Assembly (NCBI GenBank): GCA_963727825.1
Contig: CAVSHO010000011.1
Coordinates: 151,854-215,853 of the forward strand
Length of the DNA: 64,000 nucleotides
Origin: Ignavibacteriota bacterium
GTDB taxonomy: Bacteria; Bacteroidota; Ignavibacteria; UBA10030
Reading direction: 5' to 3'
The notes below the pieces were generated by a model. The model was not told the DNA's origin, ran no database searches, and was given only the letters and a program-made list of their open reading frames with translations. Of the stretch, positions 19,390 to 27,405 are shown one piece after another. The translations under genes and the position numbers were made by a program. Every line of letters begins with the position of its first letter. Position 1 is the stretch's first letter.

Positions 19390-19851
19390 CTACCATTCCT
19401 TCAGGCTCAATGTCACTGTTCTTCCTAAACATGTACCTGATATAACGGTGCAAGAAATATTCTGATCTGTTTCGACCACTTTACCATTTCCGATAACTAC
19501 ATTCTTTGGAATTCCATCAGATAGGTCAACTATACCAAAACTTGTACCTTTCTCGCTTGACACTTGAATTAAAAGCTTCGTCTTCGCCGGCATCGGTTCG
19601 TCAATGGATGCAATGATCTTCCAATTATTGGAATAGGTTGACAGGTTATAGTGTCGCACTACCCTTTTACTATGAAAAGCAAAGAATCGATTGGAACCAT
19701 TATTCACTGAAATGAAACCTAAAGGCTTTATTTCAAAAGCACCGAGTGATGCAATGGTTATCATTATAGCCAATAGGAAAAGGACTATGGTAATAGGACT
19801 TTTCAACCTCCACCCTGTGTAATCTTTAACAAAAAGATTTTTTATAGTCAA
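19390..19851 (-). CDS. small secreted protein, paralog 2 of 3 (different N-terminus)
   Basis: The C-terminal ~110 aa are near-identical to paralogs 1 and 3. The N-terminal MTIKNLFVKDYTGWRLKSPITIVLFLLAIMITIASLGAFE derives from DNA similar to 18990-19030. Confidence 0.65.
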   Translation of the reverse strand: MTIKNLFVKDYTGWRLKSPITIVLFLLAIMITIASLGAFEIKPLGFISVNNGSNRFFAFHSKRVVRHYNLSTYSNNWKIIASIDEPMPAKTKLLIQVSSEKGTSFGIVDLSDGIPKNVVIGNGKVVETDQNISCTVISGTCLGRTVTLSLKEW

Positions 19852-19885
19852 GTACTTTTTTATTTAAATTCTATTAAAACATCCT

Positions 19886-20003
19886 CGCAATCCAGCCCGC
19901 CTGCTGCGGGCAGGCGTACGCGGGAGTCTAATGTTCTAGATACCTTCTGACTTTGCCGGGACGGGAATGACGCCACAAACGGCGGGGTATTAAACCCGAA
20001 AAA
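19886..20003. repeat. GC-rich MITE/REP-like intergenic element ending in GGCGGGGTATTAAACCCGAAAAA
   Basis: The 23-mer at 19981-20003 is identical to 26644-26666. It contains a GGGAATGAC motif and nested hairpins (CCCGCCTGCTGCGGGCAGGCG). Confidence 0.55.
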
Positions 20004-20089
20004 GAACAAATCTATTGAGGCGTGTAAAGAGATAAATCGTAGTTTAGAGAAGTCTTATATCCTGCTGCCACTATGCTGATATTTGAGTG

Positions 20090-20494
20090 TTACCATTCCT
20101 TTAAGTTTAATGTCACCGTTCTTCCTAAACGTGTACCAGATATAACGGTGCAAGAAATATTCTGATCTGTTTCGACCACATTGCCATTTCCGATAACTAC
20201 ATTCTTTGGAGTCCCATCCGACAGGTCAACTATGCCAAGACTTGTACCTTTCTTGCTTGACACTTGAATTAAAAGCTTTGTTTTCGCCGGCATTGGCTCA
20301 TCAATGGATGCTATGATCTTCCAATTATTGGAATAGGTCGACAGGTTATAGTGCCGCTCCACCATTTTACTATGAAAAGCGAGGAATCGATTGGAACCAT
20401 TATTCACCGATATGAAACCTAAGGGCTTCATTTCATAAGCGCCGATCGATGCAATTGACACGAAGAATACAAGTGCTAATAGACATTGTCGCAT
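20090..20494 (-). CDS. small secreted protein, paralog 3 of 3
   Basis: The start is taken at MRQCLLALVFFVSIASIGAYE by homology with paralog 1. The track ORF extends to 20548. Confidence 0.7.
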   Translation of the reverse strand: MRQCLLALVFFVSIASIGAYEMKPLGFISVNNGSNRFLAFHSKMVERHYNLSTYSNNWKIIASIDEPMPAKTKLLIQVSSKKGTSLGIVDLSDGTPKNVVIGNGNVVETDQNISCTVISGTRLGRTVTLNLKEW

Positions 20495-21126
20495 TTTTTT
20501 AAATCCTAACTGGTATTTTGTATTTATATTTGAATGCATGGTTTTCATTTACGAAGTGAATAGTTCACTTTGGATGCCATACAGACCAACCCTGACTTGT
20601 TTTTATGGGTTCTGTTAAACTATTGGAAACAAAGGAGTTAGGGCGTAGACAAAAAACAGCAGATTTTATCTTAGGTGTAAAAAATTGAATTTTCTACAAT
20701 GGTGATTCTGAGAATACAATTGATATCTATGAAAGAATCAGGATGGTAACAAAATAGGTAGATTGAGTGGAGTTTATTGCTGAACAAAATTGGAATTGTG
20801 GCAGAAGTCCATTGCGTTTTCTCTGGCACTCAAAACGTCAAAAAACTGCTATAACGGAGTTATAATGCCAAACGAAGATATGTAGTAGGAGAGTAAAAAG
20901 ATTTATTCCCTACTATGTTCAATATCCAGACACTTGTGTGGTCATTCCGGCGTTCCGAAGGAATCACTTTGTGAAAAGCCGGAATCCAGTAAATGAATAC
21001 CAGCATACGTTGGCATAACAAACATCTCACTGCTTATAGCAAGGATTATTTATTTGGTAATTGCAAAAACCGGTGGAATATTATCGGACGAAGAGAAAAC
21101 TACTCATGTGTTTCATCTTCTGTTTT

Positions 21127-24100
21127 TCATTTTTCCTCGAGGAGATTGTTCAATGCTTTTAAGCGAGATTCTACATTACGAGCATGGACATTATCAGGAT
21201 ACTGTTCATTGAGAGTCTGATAAGTGTTTCGGGCTTTTTCTCGCTCACCTGTCTGCTCGTACGATCTGCCCAACATATAGTACGCATCAGGTTTTTTATT
21301 TGACGAATTAATAGCAATAACTTTTTGGAAATGCTCTATCGCGTTATTATAATCACGGGTAGCATAATTGCATTCACCCATCCAATACTCACAATTACCG
21401 ACGAGAGATGTTTCAATTCCCATCTCAATTAGACTGTTAAATTTCACAAATGCCTCTTCGTACTTCTTCTCGCGGAACAGTGAAACTGCATCGGCATATT
21501 CTTCACGAAGCAAGGAATCACTATTTGCCTTCGATTCTGGCTGCGGCTCGGTCTCAGCTATTTCTTTATGAAGAGAAGTATCGATACCTTCATTCTGAGT
21601 TGGAATTGCTATCTGTTCCGTATATTCTTTGAGAATGGTGGAATCAGTTTTTTCTCTCTTCCCAGGCATAGAAATAATGAACTTTCTGACGGTATCTCTG
21701 GCTATGACTTTTGTCGTATCCATTTCTTGAACAGGTTTTGTAGTTTTTAACAGGCTTTCGCATACAATGACAAGGTCTTCAACTATATCCCCTTGCTTCG
21801 AGTGATGCACAGTAACAGGAAGCGGCCCGTTCTGCTGGATTGCTTGAAGAAATTTAAGTTGCTCGGGATCGACCGCAAGTGTGTAGCTCCCCGGCGCTAC
21901 AGCCATTGCGTAGAATCCCCCATCAGCAAATGTGCGAAGCGTATCGCCGAAATTTCCTTTGGTGGCACGCATAATTACTCGGCTTCCACTGAGTGGAGTA
22001 CGCATTCCATCCCTTTCTAAATAGACATTTCCAGAAATTGTCCCGGCGCGATAGAATGGGATTTCAATTCTCCTCATTTGATTCGGATCAACGACAAAAG
22101 AGAACTTATCGATTGTCGGCACTAAATTAGGATCGATCTGTTGTCTGTCGACCTCTAAATTGTAACGGAAGTAACTTTCCAGCTGCGTTACCCGGATAAT
22201 ACTGTCCCTACCAAGCTCGATCTTGCCCATTCCGTCTACTTTAATTCCGTTCGCGGGAATGAGCTCATCTCCGGCATCGTACTTACCGTTATAGTTGTTA
22301 TCGACAAACAATAATACATCAATGCCCCCTTTACCGATCTGTTCGCGATTTGATAGGAACGCCGTGCCGCGGTCAAGTGCCACTGAGCCATAAATTGATT
22401 GGCGGGAAGTACTGCTTTCATGTGAGAAGAAATCGAAGACCGAAGATGTTCGCGTAAAATTTAGGTCCATAATCAGGCCAGCCTCAAACGAAGTAGTGTG
22501 GATTGCAAAGTTGCGCTCATATCCCAGATTGAATTGGAAGATCTGCATAAATGTTTTAGAAAATTGGAGGCTCGCGTCCTGAAGGGTCCTGGCTTGCAAA
22601 TCGTATATTGCCTGGCCACGCAGGAGAAATGCCTGCAGGAAATTTGGAAGAAACGATGAGCGAGGCAGCGTGTACATAAGCGTTGTTGTGAAGAGACCGT
22701 TACCGGCTAAGTTCAATGGACTTACATCAGTGCCAACTGTTACTTCACTATAGCTCATCAGCAGCTGCATATTGGTAAACTGGGTTGAAAGATCGAATCG
22801 AGTTGACAAATGTTTTCCCGACACAGCATCCGTGTAGTCCTCGGAGATCCTGAATCCGGTGCCGGCAGAGATAAACGCGAGAGGCAAGGAGAGAGCCAGG
22901 CTTGCATTCTGCTGCGGCGATGTGCCGATAAGCGTATCATTCAATACATATTTTGCGTACGAGGCAAACACGCCGGCGTTGGAGGCAAATAAAGCATTCG
23001 CATTCAAGAGGTAATACGCATTCGGCGCTACATTGACATTGAAAATGTACTGGGAAAACAAGCGGGATGAAAATCCAAAATTATATATCGGTTTCTGGAG
23101 ACCGGTATTATCGCTGCGCTCGAGGCCGCCGTTGAGCGTTAGCCAGTTCGCAGCGCCATAGAGTAAATTTGCATTTCCATAATACGCATTATTCGTCGAT
23201 ACTGTATTATTATCCACTTTTCCTGCTTGTACATTGTAACTAAGAATCCCCTTTGGTACAAACGAGAATGGTATCTGAATTTGTTTCTCACTAACATTTA
23301 TATCACCATATTTGGAAAACGTTTTAACTGTAATTTTCTCTGTTCCGTACGTAAGCGGAAATTGAAATCGGTAGTAGCCCGCCGCGTTAGCTTTCTGAAA
23401 AGCAACCAGGCGGTCATTAAGGTACAATTCAACCTCGGACTGGGGATCGGTGAATCCATCAACGACATAATTATCAAACATTACACGAGGTTCGACGGGC
23501 TCATTTGATAAGGCAATGCCGTTGACTCTCGGAATAAAATTGCTGCCGGTCGTAATCTGACCTGCCGTGAACGAGCTAAAATAGTTATTCCCCCGTACAA
23601 CGTAACGCCAGTGGAGGTCGTCTACAGAAGCGGACTGCCCCGTTGTACCAATCAGGCTACCCTGAATATCCCCTCCAGCCACTTCACCCCCGCCAGTGAG
23701 CGTATAATTCGTTCCCTGTGACGAGAATTTGTCTAACGAAGTAGATATGTTGTAGTCTAGGACGGAGCCACCGAGGACTGAACGATCGAGAGCATAACGC
23801 AGCGGATATTTCACCGACGGGCCGAAGTCGCTTCCTACTTCCGAGCGTGCCAACGCTGCCTTCTTGCGAACGAGCGCAGGTAATTCCTTGGACGTCTCGC
23901 CGATAATCTGAAGACGGTTAATATTGACTGTGCTGCTGATACCAAAGATTTCTTCGAATTTTTCAGTAGATATGTAAATATCCATCTCCCCTTTGAACAT
24001 CTCTTCCAGCGTCAGTACATATACTTTATCTCCAAGGGAAATCTCATGCCTGACCGGATTGATTGTCATTGGTATTGCAGAGGAGATATATGTCCCTTTA

Positions 24101-24384
24101 ATGATATATTGTCCCTCGATGGTATAATACACTTCAAAGATATTAAACAATTCTATAATAGGAAGATAGATTTTGTCATTCTTAATTGCGACTGATATGT
24201 TATAGCTGCCCAATTCCTTGAGAGTGTACCCAAATATTACTTCATCATATTGGGAGGCTTGCTGCGATAGCGATTGGGATGGAACAAGAAAATAGAATAA
24301 AAAAAATATACTAAGCGTTAATAGCAGATTTCGCACAACGCCATTATGGTTTTTTGATGGGATGAACTCACATTCCAGCGACAC
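21127..24384 (-). CDS. large outer-membrane usher-like protein with CarboxypepD_reg-like and TPR (YbgF/CpoB-like) domains in its C-terminal part
   Basis: Signal peptide. An N-terminal region resembles usher N-domains, and the segment SEVELYLNDRLVAFQKANAAGYYRFQFPLTYGTEKITVKTFSKYGDINVSEKQIQIPF is usher-like. A long middle part is beta-strand rich and aromatic-terminated. GTISGNVYLERDG...GSYTLAVDP looks like CarboxypepD_reg. The C-terminus has TPRs (YWMGECNYATRDYNNAIEHFQKVI..AYYMLGRSYEQTGEREKARNTYQ). Confidence 0.45.
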   Translation of the reverse strand: MSLECEFIPSKNHNGVVRNLLLTLSIFFLFYFLVPSQSLSQQASQYDEVIFGYTLKELGSYNISVAIKNDKIYLPIIELFNIFEVYYTIEGQYIIKGTYISSAIPMTINPVRHEISLGDKVYVLTLEEMFKGEMDIYISTEKFEEIFGISSTVNINRLQIIGETSKELPALVRKKAALARSEVGSDFGPSVKYPLRYALDRSVLGGSVLDYNISTSLDKFSSQGTNYTLTGGGEVAGGDIQGSLIGTTGQSASVDDLHWRYVVRGNNYFSSFTAGQITTGSNFIPRVNGIALSNEPVEPRVMFDNYVVDGFTDPQSEVELYLNDRLVAFQKANAAGYYRFQFPLTYGTEKITVKTFSKYGDINVSEKQIQIPFSFVPKGILSYNVQAGKVDNNTVSTNNAYYGNANLLYGAANWLTLNGGLERSDNTGLQKPIYNFGFSSRLFSQYIFNVNVAPNAYYLLNANALFASNAGVFASYAKYVLNDTLIGTSPQQNASLALSLPLAFISAGTGFRISEDYTDAVSGKHLSTRFDLSTQFTNMQLLMSYSEVTVGTDVSPLNLAGNGLFTTTLMYTLPRSSFLPNFLQAFLLRGQAIYDLQARTLQDASLQFSKTFMQIFQFNLGYERNFAIHTTSFEAGLIMDLNFTRTSSVFDFFSHESSTSRQSIYGSVALDRGTAFLSNREQIGKGGIDVLLFVDNNYNGKYDAGDELIPANGIKVDGMGKIELGRDSIIRVTQLESYFRYNLEVDRQQIDPNLVPTIDKFSFVVDPNQMRRIEIPFYRAGTISGNVYLERDGMRTPLSGSRVIMRATKGNFGDTLRTFADGGFYAMAVAPGSYTLAVDPEQLKFLQAIQQNGPLPVTVHHSKQGDIVEDLVIVCESLLKTTKPVQEMDTTKVIARDTVRKFIISMPGKREKTDSTILKEYTEQIAIPTQNEGIDTSLHKEIAETEPQPESKANSDSLLREEYADAVSLFREKKYEEAFVKFNSLIEMGIETSLVGNCEYWMGECNYATRDYNNAIEHFQKVIAINSSNKKPDAYYMLGRSYEQTGEREKARNTYQTLNEQYPDNVHARNVESRLKALNNLLEEK

Positions 24385-24446
24385 TTTATTCCTAAAAAAA
24401 ACTTCCTCTTTGAGGGTGTTTTCATGTACCCTATAGCGTTGTTACC

Positions 24447-24526
24447 ATCCCGATTGTTTATAACAATCGGGATTTTTTAGATTTTTACTTAAAATCGATA
24501 AATAAGATTCCCGCTTACGCGGGAAT
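24447..24526. repeat. two REP-like hairpins between the chaperone-like and usher-like genes
   Basis: ATCCCGATTGTT-TAT-AACAATCGGGAT (24447-24473) and ATTCCCGC-TTAC-GCGGGAAT followed by GAC (24507-24526+). The same TCCCG..CGGGA family is seen at 2010, 2335, 4582, 20941 and other sites. Confidence 0.6.
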
Positions 24527-24641
24527 GACAATCTATCGGACAACCTTAAAAAGGAAAATGAATTGAAAATTTCTTTTTTTACAGATGAATCTGCTATATA
24601 ACAATAGTTACATGTACGTTCTGTTATGATGCCGCAATGGA

Positions 24642-25490
24642 TCATTGCAAATTCACGGCCACTTCTTTAGTCACAGGTTGGGCTTGCAACAAATCTTCCG
24701 TCGCAACATCCGACCGCTTGGTTTCAAATGTCAGAAGAAGTTTATACTTACCCTTTGCCACTTTTGAAAGGTCAAGGTCTATTTTGTTTTTCATGCGAAA
24801 ATAAATTGATGCTGTCGCCTCGGACAAAGCTACCTTTTCATTTGCAGCAGAAAACAATTCTGCCTTCATACTGCCGACGTAAGGCGCGTTGCCAGTACGC
24901 TCCACATCCGCAACAACAGTTAGCTTATTGTCCTTCAATGCTGTATTAACATCGTGTACGATCAGGCCGGTAGAGACATTCCCTTTCCTGTAGAAAACAG
25001 GAAATATCTGGTCAAACTTGAAATTGACTTGTGCCGTGATTGCATCGGTTACTTTTTTCCCGATGTCGGGCGTTTTCTGAGCCGACGTTACCTTAACTCT
25101 GGAAAAAAAGAAAGCATCCTTAACAGAACTCTTCGTGCGCACTTGCAACCTAACAGTTTGTTCTTGTTTAGCATTCAAAATAAAACTTCTTGGATAAGCA
25201 CGGACCATTGGATTTAGCGCGTACGTTTTTGCAGCAACCGTATCGTTGTAATTCATTACGGCATTGCCCATACTGTCAGCATCGGTATATCCAAATGCAA
25301 AGCTTATGCTCACTTCTTGAGGAGCTGCAGAATTGTTTGTGATATACATATTCCCGATCCCGCTCTTGGAATCAATAAAGAGAATCGAGGGCGCTACGGT
25401 TACCTGGGCAAAAAGCATTTCTGTCCCCAGGAATATTATGGGTATCAGGAAGACAAATAATCTGGAACTGCAACACGACAGGCGTTTCAT
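24642..25490 (-). CDS. PapD-like periplasmic pilus chaperone (putative)
   Basis: Signal peptide, then VTVAPSILFIDSKSGIGNMYITNNSAAPQEVSISF and PRSFILNAKQEQTVRLQVR, which match the two conserved strands of chaperone-usher chaperones. 282 aa. It lies directly downstream of the pilin gene. Confidence 0.5.
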   Translation of the reverse strand: MKRLSCCSSRLFVFLIPIIFLGTEMLFAQVTVAPSILFIDSKSGIGNMYITNNSAAPQEVSISFAFGYTDADSMGNAVMNYNDTVAAKTYALNPMVRAYPRSFILNAKQEQTVRLQVRTKSSVKDAFFFSRVKVTSAQKTPDIGKKVTDAITAQVNFKFDQIFPVFYRKGNVSTGLIVHDVNTALKDNKLTVVADVERTGNAPYVGSMKAELFSAANEKVALSEATASIYFRMKNKIDLDLSKVAKGKYKLLLTFETKRSDVATEDLLQAQPVTKEVAVNLQ

Positions 25491-25573
25491 TCTGATATTT
25501 TCCCCTTTCTTAAAGAATTTATAATCCTAGAGAGAACGTAAATGTCACTCATTCAGGAAATAAGCAACATAAT

Positions 25574-25602
25574 AACAAACAGAAAGCCCTGACGTAAGGG
25601 CT
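25574..25602 (-). terminator. hairpin plus T-rich tail after the major pilin gene (terminator/attenuator)
   Basis: On the minus strand: AGCCCT-TACGTC-AGGGCT then TTCTGTTTGTT, about 55 nt after the pilin stop and before the chaperone-like gene. Confidence 0.5.
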
Positions 25603-25656
25603 TCCTGTTTATAACATTCTAATAAAGCAATAACTAATGATAATTGCAACGATTTT

Positions 25657-26169
25657 CTATTTGTATTCGACTGAAAAAGTCGATGCGCCTGTGAATGCAC
25701 CCAGATCCGTACCTGTTGTCATGGTTCCTCCAACCCACAGAGAATAATTGTTACTACTCGGTACCACGTCAGCACCAGAACTCAATAAACTAGCGTTTGC
25801 TAGTGAACTAGGGTCACCATAAACAGTGAGTGCCAACGACAAGGTTTTTCCTCCTGGACCGTTGAGCGTAATAGGTGATTGCCAACTTACTAAAACATCT
25901 GTATTTGCTCCAGTGATTGTAACCGTGCCAGCGGCAGCTTGGGAACCTAAATATGCGTTATTGGTTGAAGTTTTGGGATCGAGAACAACCGACCTGCTTG
26001 CCGGAACGTTACCAAACGCTATGTCGGTTTTAGCAATCGATAAAGCTGATATAACAGTCGCATTAGCATTGACATTGGTACTAACATTAGTCTGTGCCTG
26101 CATATTGCCGGCGACTAAAATCACCAGAATTGCTACTAAAAGGGTGGATGTAAAAATATTGCGTAACAT
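25657..26169 (-). CDS. DUF4402/SCPU-like pilin (putative major subunit)
   Basis: Signal peptide LVAILVILVAGNMQAQ. ISALSIAKTDIAFGNV..., GTVTITGANTDVLVSW, YSLWVGGTM and the C-terminal GAFTGASTFSVEYK fit the DUF4402 / spore-coat-U pilin pattern. GGAGG lies 5 nt before the ATG at 26169. Confidence 0.6.
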   Translation of the reverse strand: MLRNIFTSTLLVAILVILVAGNMQAQTNVSTNVNANATVISALSIAKTDIAFGNVPASRSVVLDPKTSTNNAYLGSQAAAGTVTITGANTDVLVSWQSPITLNGPGGKTLSLALTVYGDPSSLANASLLSSGADVVPSSNNYSLWVGGTMTTGTDLGAFTGASTFSVEYK

Positions 26170-26251
26170 ATGTACCTCCATTAAATTATTTGTTTATTTA
26201 TTGTGTATTAATTTTGTTTATTGCTTCTATTAATTTCTTTCTTTACTTATC

Positions 26252-26266
26252 TCAATCTCCGTGCCA
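26252..26266 (-). promoter_or_regulatory. sigma54-type promoter TGGCAC-GGAGA-TTGA upstream of the pilin gene
   Basis: The reverse complement of TCAATCTCCGTGCCA has -24 GG and -12 spacing exactly as in the consensus TGGCAC-N5-TTGC, except A replaces C at the last position. The flanks are conserved with 44924-44938. Confidence 0.6.
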
Positions 26267-26338
26267 ACATAAATTCCCGCTTTTTTCAACGATTTTCAAG
26301 CATTTAAAAAACTATTATGTCCATAATGAGATTGCTGA

Positions 26339-26349
26339 CTCATATTGAG
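26339..26349. promoter_or_regulatory. palindrome CTCATATTGAG (proximal activator-site candidate); imperfect extra copy at 26321-26330
   Basis: It starts 78 nt from the -24 box, versus 77 nt for the equivalent site at the giant-gene promoter. Confidence 0.45.
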
Positions 26350-26412
26350 AATTTTGATATTTACTGTAAACACGCGATATTCTCAAAAAACCAATATTCT
26401 CAATATATTTCA

Positions 26413-26427
26413 GTATCATAATGATAC
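26413..26427. promoter_or_regulatory. perfect palindrome GTATCAT-A-ATGATAC (distal activator-site/UAS candidate)
   Basis: Identical 15-mer at 45084-45098. It starts 152 nt from the -24 box, versus 151 nt there. Confidence 0.55.
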
Positions 26428-26549
26428 ATAATTGTTATATACTTATTCTTATAATGGTATTTTACAATATTTTAAGGTTTTTAAAATACACATTTATTGA
26501 TCGATTAGCAAATGATGTTACAAACCATACTGTCTTTTCTTAGTGTCCG

Positions 26550-26666
26550 AAATATGGGGTAAGGATCACCGAAACAAGTGGCGCTGTACACCATGGCGCC
26601 AAAGGCGCTCATTCGGCATGACAATCTATAATACGACGCAAGCGGCGGGGTATTAAACCCGAAAAA
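26550..26666. repeat. GC-rich MITE/REP-like element, second copy
   Basis: It ends in the exact 23-mer GGCGGGGTATTAAACCCGAAAAA (26644-26666) and contains the hairpin GGCGCTGTACACCATGGCGCC and CATGACAATCTAT, as at 24527. Confidence 0.5.
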
Positions 26667-26808
26667 TAATGAAACCATTAACAAATATTGTTTTAGAAGA
26701 ATATACTATGGGACAGTTTCTTCGAAGTTCAGAGATTAAAAAGTCGAATTATCAAAAGGATTTTATAGCTATTTGTTGCTGGATTAATCTATAGAAGAAT
26801 GGGTCTTT

Positions 26809-27398
26809 TTACAAATACTCGAGAGTTATAATCGAGACAGGCAATTTACCATTATTACTTATTGTAGCTTTCTGATGATGGACTAAGAAAAATGTATACG
26901 CGACAAAAAGTGGGTCAATAGCTTTCATCGAGCGCTTTAAAAGATTATTATTTCTTAATCTAAATTGCACAAAATTTCCGTCTGTGATTATCGCCCGATT
27001 GAAATAAGTTGTCCCATCATTTAAATATCCGCAGTTAATTCGCATCGGATAGACACTCTGTTCATTCTTTTGAGACAATCCGGGCTTGTAAAACTCAGAA
27101 GAACAGTAATATTTTCATAAGCTGAGATAGAGAATCCAAAATCGAGGCTAACGATATCTTCATTACCAGGTTTTGCTGATGCCAATTCATTCAAATGTGT
27201 TATATCTTCTGCAAACAAAGTTCTCAAGTTATCATCCATCCTAGTAATATTTACAGATGGTAAAACATTTAGCTTGACCTTCATCAAAGGCGTTATTTGT
27301 GCCTGACTCTCTCCCGACAGCCCGACGATCAATGCCATTGCGACTACCGCAGTTCCGATTATGCGAGCATGGAAGCTATGCCATCTTTGATTCGTCAT
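26809..27398 (-). CDS. pilin-like secreted protein, split by one frameshift (27021-27078) in this assembly
   Basis: Two overlapping ORFs. Signal peptide IIGTAVVAMALIVGLSGESQAQ. The C-terminus ...GKLPVSIITLEYL resembles the neighbouring pilin C-termini. Probable start is MTNQRW at 27398. Confidence 0.45.
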
Positions 27399-27405
27399 AG
27401 CTATA

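Noticed and set aside
18434-20548. A possible CRISPR-like array, suggested by regularly recurring near-identical ~400-nt blocks and recurring intergenic hairpins.
   Set aside because: The repeats are protein-coding gene duplicates with signal peptides. The spacers are 550 and 240 nt and partly homologous. No short 25-40-nt direct repeats at regular spacing and no cas genes occur anywhere in the window.
20565-20579. Minus-strand TGGCAT-CCAAA-GTGA about 70 nt upstream of paralog 3, as a fourth regulon promoter.
   Set aside because: The -12 box deviates (GTGA), and no TCATAATGA-type palindrome is present at about 77 or 151 nt upstream (20651, 20725). It is kept only as a weak candidate.
24442-24645. 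Track ORF encoding ..LSFPRKRESYLS...
   Set aside because: The peptide is a read-through of the REP-like hairpins (ATTCCCGC..GCGGGAAT) in the gap between the chaperone-like and usher-like genes.
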